From a virus (Duplodnaviria; Caudoviricetes), in the IMG/VR virus record IMGVR_UViG_3300032235_000808, positions 16,717 to 80,716 of that record: DNA of 64,000 nt. One strand, written 5' to 3'. Each line of letters begins with the position of its first letter. The stretch's first letter is position 1. Positions 60,597-64,000 of the stretch are shown here, piece after piece. A model generated the notes under the pieces. The model did not search any database and was not told the DNA's origin. It saw only the letters and a list, made by a program, of their open reading frames with translations. Position numbers and translations under genes: made by a program.

Positions 60597-62344
60597 TAAC
60601 AGATTAAATTGTTTGTATTTGTTCTTGAATTGAAACTAGCAACTCCATTTTGTTTATTGGTATAGTATCTTTCGTTTCTTAAATAAAGATTGATTTCATT
60701 TTTTATGTAATGTATGTTATTTACATATGGGAAGTTTGTTCCAATTCCATCCGGGTCAATATATCCATGTGTATATAAATCTCTCCATCTCCAAACATTT
60801 TCATCAGAATCATAAACCGTATTTTCCGGTAGATTATAGATTTGATTTGTTTTGGCAGTCTCCAAATATGGTGATAGTTCTCTCAATTTAACCCTATGAT
60901 GTGCCTGATAATAAAGACCTATTGGGTTTGTTTCAGTTGCTCCAGAATATATGGTATCATCAGTTTGTCCATAATCAAATAATTCGGTTGGATTATAAAT
61001 TTTATGGAATGTACCACTAATCACTCTTTCTTTTAATTCTTTTTTATTATACTCCACAAAATCACCAACCAATTCGCTACCGATTGGTAACTCGACACCC
61101 GAAGTAAACGTATATCCCGATTTAGTAAATGTTCTACCACTAAGATTGGTTTCTTTAGATATGTCACCATCAAAATGTTCGTCAATCCACGAATCGTGAA
61201 AATTAAATTTGTAACCTACTTTTGGTGGGTAATCAAAATAACCGTTTCCGTTTCTAAAAATCGTGGTAACAAAAACTTCCGTTGGTGTAAATCCTAAATT
61301 GTTTTTTATTCCACTTAATGTTAATGGTTCCTTAAAATCAAAAAGGACTGACTCGGGTCTATTTCTTTCAACAAGAATGTCATTATCTCCGTTACTATTT
61401 TCAAGAATTATTTTTCTTTCATGTTCAAATATTGGATTTTCAAACCCGACATTGTCTAAAATATAATCACCGGTATCACTTAGTGTTTTATGTTTTCTTA
61501 CATAATATGTTGATGTGGAACCGGCCACATTATTTCTATCTAAACATCTTTTACCTGTAACAATTAAAGCACCACTTAATGTGTTAGCATCATCCATAGT
61601 AAACTGTGATTTATTAAGTACAATCACATAATTTTCTGAATCGAATATTTCATTTCCAATGCTATTAACATAGTATGGTTTATTGTTTATTACAACATAC
61701 TCACCAGCACTTAAACCGTGTGGTACGGGACTTGTTAATGTAAACGTTTTGGTGTTACCCGTAACTCTAAATGGTATTCCGTCACCGGCAGTGAATTCAT
61801 GAGTTGTTCCTCCACTTAAAGAATATTTCATTGGATATTGAGTGTCTCCCGTATATGCATAACTCAAATAAATGTTCCAATTTTGATATGGGGCATTCAT
61901 TGCGGTAATTGTTGTATGGTCAGTTGAACCAACATAATTTGTAATCGGGTTATATTCCACACCCAAAGTATTTCCCGTTGGGATAACTGTGACTTCTCTA
62001 TATAAGTCTCTTCTTAAAAATGCAAACTCATCGTAAGGAATAAAACCGGTAAAATCATTATTACTACCATCTCCAACCAAATAAAGTCTTTCTTTAAGAT
62101 AATCATATTCGGTATTACCACTATACATGTTACGAAATATCATATTCATTTTACCGAATATCTTATAGTTTACGCTTTTGTTTCTTTCATCGTCGTATAA
62201 TTTCGCAATGTCTAATATAATATCCCTTTCACCAACCCTTAATAAGGATTCGGATGTCTCAAGATTTAACTTAATTGATAATTCTTGTTCATCCGCATTC
62301 GCGTATCTTTTACTTGGTAATATTATTTCTTTTTTCTCTTCCAT
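60596..62344 (-). CDS. Putative baseplate/structural protein
   Basis: 582 aa; LTSPVPHGLSAGEYV; WRWRDLYTHGYID. Confidence 0.6.
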   Translation of the reverse strand: MEEKKEIILPSKRYANADEQELSIKLNLETSESLLRVGERDIILDIAKLYDDERNKSVNYKIFGKMNMIFRNMYSGNTEYDYLKERLYLVGDGSNNDFTGFIPYDEFAFLRRDLYREVTVIPTGNTLGVEYNPITNYVGSTDHTTITAMNAPYQNWNIYLSYAYTGDTQYPMKYSLSGGTTHEFTAGDGIPFRVTGNTKTFTLTSPVPHGLSAGEYVVINNKPYYVNSIGNEIFDSENYVIVLNKSQFTMDDANTLSGALIVTGKRCLDRNNVAGSTSTYYVRKHKTLSDTGDYILDNVGFENPIFEHERKIILENSNGDNDILVERNRPESVLFDFKEPLTLSGIKNNLGFTPTEVFVTTIFRNGNGYFDYPPKVGYKFNFHDSWIDEHFDGDISKETNLSGRTFTKSGYTFTSGVELPIGSELVGDFVEYNKKELKERVISGTFHKIYNPTELFDYGQTDDTIYSGATETNPIGLYYQAHHRVKLRELSPYLETAKTNQIYNLPENTVYDSDENVWRWRDLYTHGYIDPDGIGTNFPYVNNIHYIKNEINLYLRNERYYTNKQNGVASFNSRTNTNNLIC

Positions 62345-63132
62345 TATTCAGCAGATGGGAATGCACCTAAAGGCCCAAATCTTTTTACAAATTTATCAAC
62401 CGCAGTTTTACCCGGTTTCAATCCAAAATAATATAGATACGGAGTTGACAATATTTGTCTTGTTCCGCTATAGTTTCTCGATGTTGGTGATAAAATATAA
62501 TCAACGGTGTTATCCCAATCTGATATATTCCAATTTCCACTATCACCAACTCTTGTATATAATTTACCCACCGTTGCACCACTCAACGTTCCATCACCGG
62601 CAACAATGTAAAGGAAAGTAAAACCCTCTTCTTGGTTATTATAATTTGTATGACTACCATCAATATCGTACACTAAATTATCATATTCATTATAATTAAA
62701 ATGTTCAACGTTAAATGTAGATGGAACTAATGGATTTACAATTGCATTTAATTTAATGGTATCACCACTATAATTTTTAGTCATTGGTAATAAAAGATAT
62801 TTGTGTGTTGGGTCACCATTATAATTGTAATTGTATGTCATACCTTGTAATGGTTGCGCTTGGATTCTATCCTGTGTAAAAGATGTTGTTGGGTAATACC
62901 ACGCTTGGTTAACACCTGTACCGAATCCGGTACCATTTTTGTTCCATAAATAAAATGGAACAATCTGTGAAGATTCTGTTAATCTACCAGGTTCATTTAA
63001 ACAAGCCCTAACACGATATCCATCATTTTCATCTAACTTTAATTGTACGGGTAGTGGACCATTTGACCCACCGGTATCATCCTTAAAAAATTCAGTATAA
63101 ACATCAGGGTCCAAAAGTGCTGGGTTATACAT
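62344..63132 (-). CDS. Structural protein, probably C-terminal part of the gene split at TAG 63136-38
   Basis: In frame with upstream ORF; ends STPYLYYFGLKPGKTAVDKF. Confidence 0.6.
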   Translation of the reverse strand: MYNPALLDPDVYTEFFKDDTGGSNGPLPVQLKLDENDGYRVRACLNEPGRLTESSQIVPFYLWNKNGTGFGTGVNQAWYYPTTSFTQDRIQAQPLQGMTYNYNYNGDPTHKYLLLPMTKNYSGDTIKLNAIVNPLVPSTFNVEHFNYNEYDNLVYDIDGSHTNYNNQEEGFTFLYIVAGDGTLSGATVGKLYTRVGDSGNWNISDWDNTVDYILSPTSRNYSGTRQILSTPYLYYFGLKPGKTAVDKFVKRFGPLGAFPSAE

Positions 63133-63135
63133 TTC

Positions 63136-64000
63136 CTACTTTTTACTTAATAAATCAAAACCATCAATACCCGCTTCACTATTTATTGACATTAATTGTA
63201 ATATATCACCATTTAAAACTTGACCTCTCATTTTAAGTGGTAATCTTGTATCAAACCCATTGTTTCTAAAGAATGCATATATATCACCCGTAACTGATGG
63301 ACTTGCAACATCCAACTTGTAGTTGATGTATAAACCTAAGATACCTCTTATGTCTTGATACGATGTGGCTCCAATATTTCTCACCACAGAACAGTTCGGG
63401 TCTAAGTTAGGGTCAATACATATCTCTTTAATAAACTCGTCTCTAGGACCTAAATCTACAAGTGTGGTTGGGTGTGCCAACGTTCCCCTTGCCGACGCAA
63501 ATTGATTGGTGATTGGATTAAACCATGATGAACGATAATAGAATCTCTTATCAGGGTTTGTTAACGTTCCGGCCTTAAAATATACCAAATCTTCGCAATA
63601 TGATGTTGAATATACACTAAGGTCTAAATTCTGTTCATCATCCCAAACAACTCTTGATTTAAATGGAAAGAAATATAATGAACCCGATAACCAATTATCT
63701 AAGAATGAATAGTTTACTAAACCTTCACAGAACAATTTACCTACCAATTTTCTTCTACAGTATTCGTCGATGGCAGCAATATTTGCTTCCCAGTTACTGG
63801 TGTCGGCAGCCGGTATAATTGTAAATAAACCATTTCTAATTTCAGAATAACCTGACCATGTTTCACATGTTTTACACCAGTTTCCTTTAGATTTATAGAT
63901 TACTTGACCGGCAGGATTTTTACCACCACTACAACTAAAACCTGTTGTTCTGGTAATAGTCTTTAAATCGTCATATTTTTTATTAAACCCATTTACACAA
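63136..64000 (-). CDS. Structural protein (5' end beyond the window)
   Basis: Frame open to window end (..WCKTCETWSGYSEIRNG..); NWLSGSLYFF, FYYRSS, HPTTLVDLGPRD. Confidence 0.7.
   Translation of the reverse strand, partial: CVNGFNKKYDDLKTITRTTGFSCSGGKNPAGQVIYKSKGNWCKTCETWSGYSEIRNGLFTIIPAADTSNWEANIAAIDEYCRRKLVGKLFCEGLVNYSFLDNWLSGSLYFFPFKSRVVWDDEQNLDLSVYSTSYCEDLVYFKAGTLTNPDKRFYYRSSWFNPITNQFASARGTLAHPTTLVDLGPRDEFIKEICIDPNLDPNCSVVRNIGATSYQDIRGILGLYINYKLDVASPSVTGDIYAFFRNNGFDTRLPLKMRGQVLNGDILQLMSINSEAGIDGFDLLSKK

Noticed and set aside
1-64000. Genome-wide stop-codon reassignment (code 15 or 4)
   Set aside because: Coding density is high under the standard code, and conserved genes (sigma, sbcC, RuvC-like) end at TAG at their expected C-termini

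Overview
This 64 kb AT-rich, gene-dense window is almost entirely minus-strand coding and is best read as part of a large (jumbo-type) tailed phage genome. The host is probably Bacteroidota, based on TAnnTTTG promoter elements, Bacteroidota-style ClpP, sigma-70 and Hc1, and SprB repeats. The standard genetic code fits. There are four blocks. (i) 1-21.5 kb: tail-fibre/adhesin region with a collagen fibre plus S74 chaperone, three tandem LamG genes, TGS-repeat fibres, a beta-helix spike and a flavin-dependent halogenase. (ii) 21.5-35.8 kb: host-takeover and head-associated genes (Grx, Trx, AAA ATPase, NusG, Dam-family MTase, Hc1, Glu-rich putative internal head proteins, degenerate amidase, membrane proteins, sigma-70, ClpP). 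(iii) 35.8-43.3 kb: recombination/replication genes (SbcC, SbcD, PD-(D/E)XK nuclease, primase, RuvC-like). (iv) 43.3-64 kb: baseplate and giant Thr-Pro-repeat virion proteins. The most notable unannotated signals are four tandem TATATA-centred palindromes covering a spike gene leader and start codon, a stand-alone two-hairpin small RNA with its own promoter motif and terminator, a likely -1 frameshift at an A11 run, a single in-frame TAG splitting a structural gene, an identical 30-nt block at the 3' ends of three LamG genes, a nuclease-like ORF overprinting the sbcC start, and apparent GATC avoidance. All family assignments come from motif recognition by eye; no searches were run.
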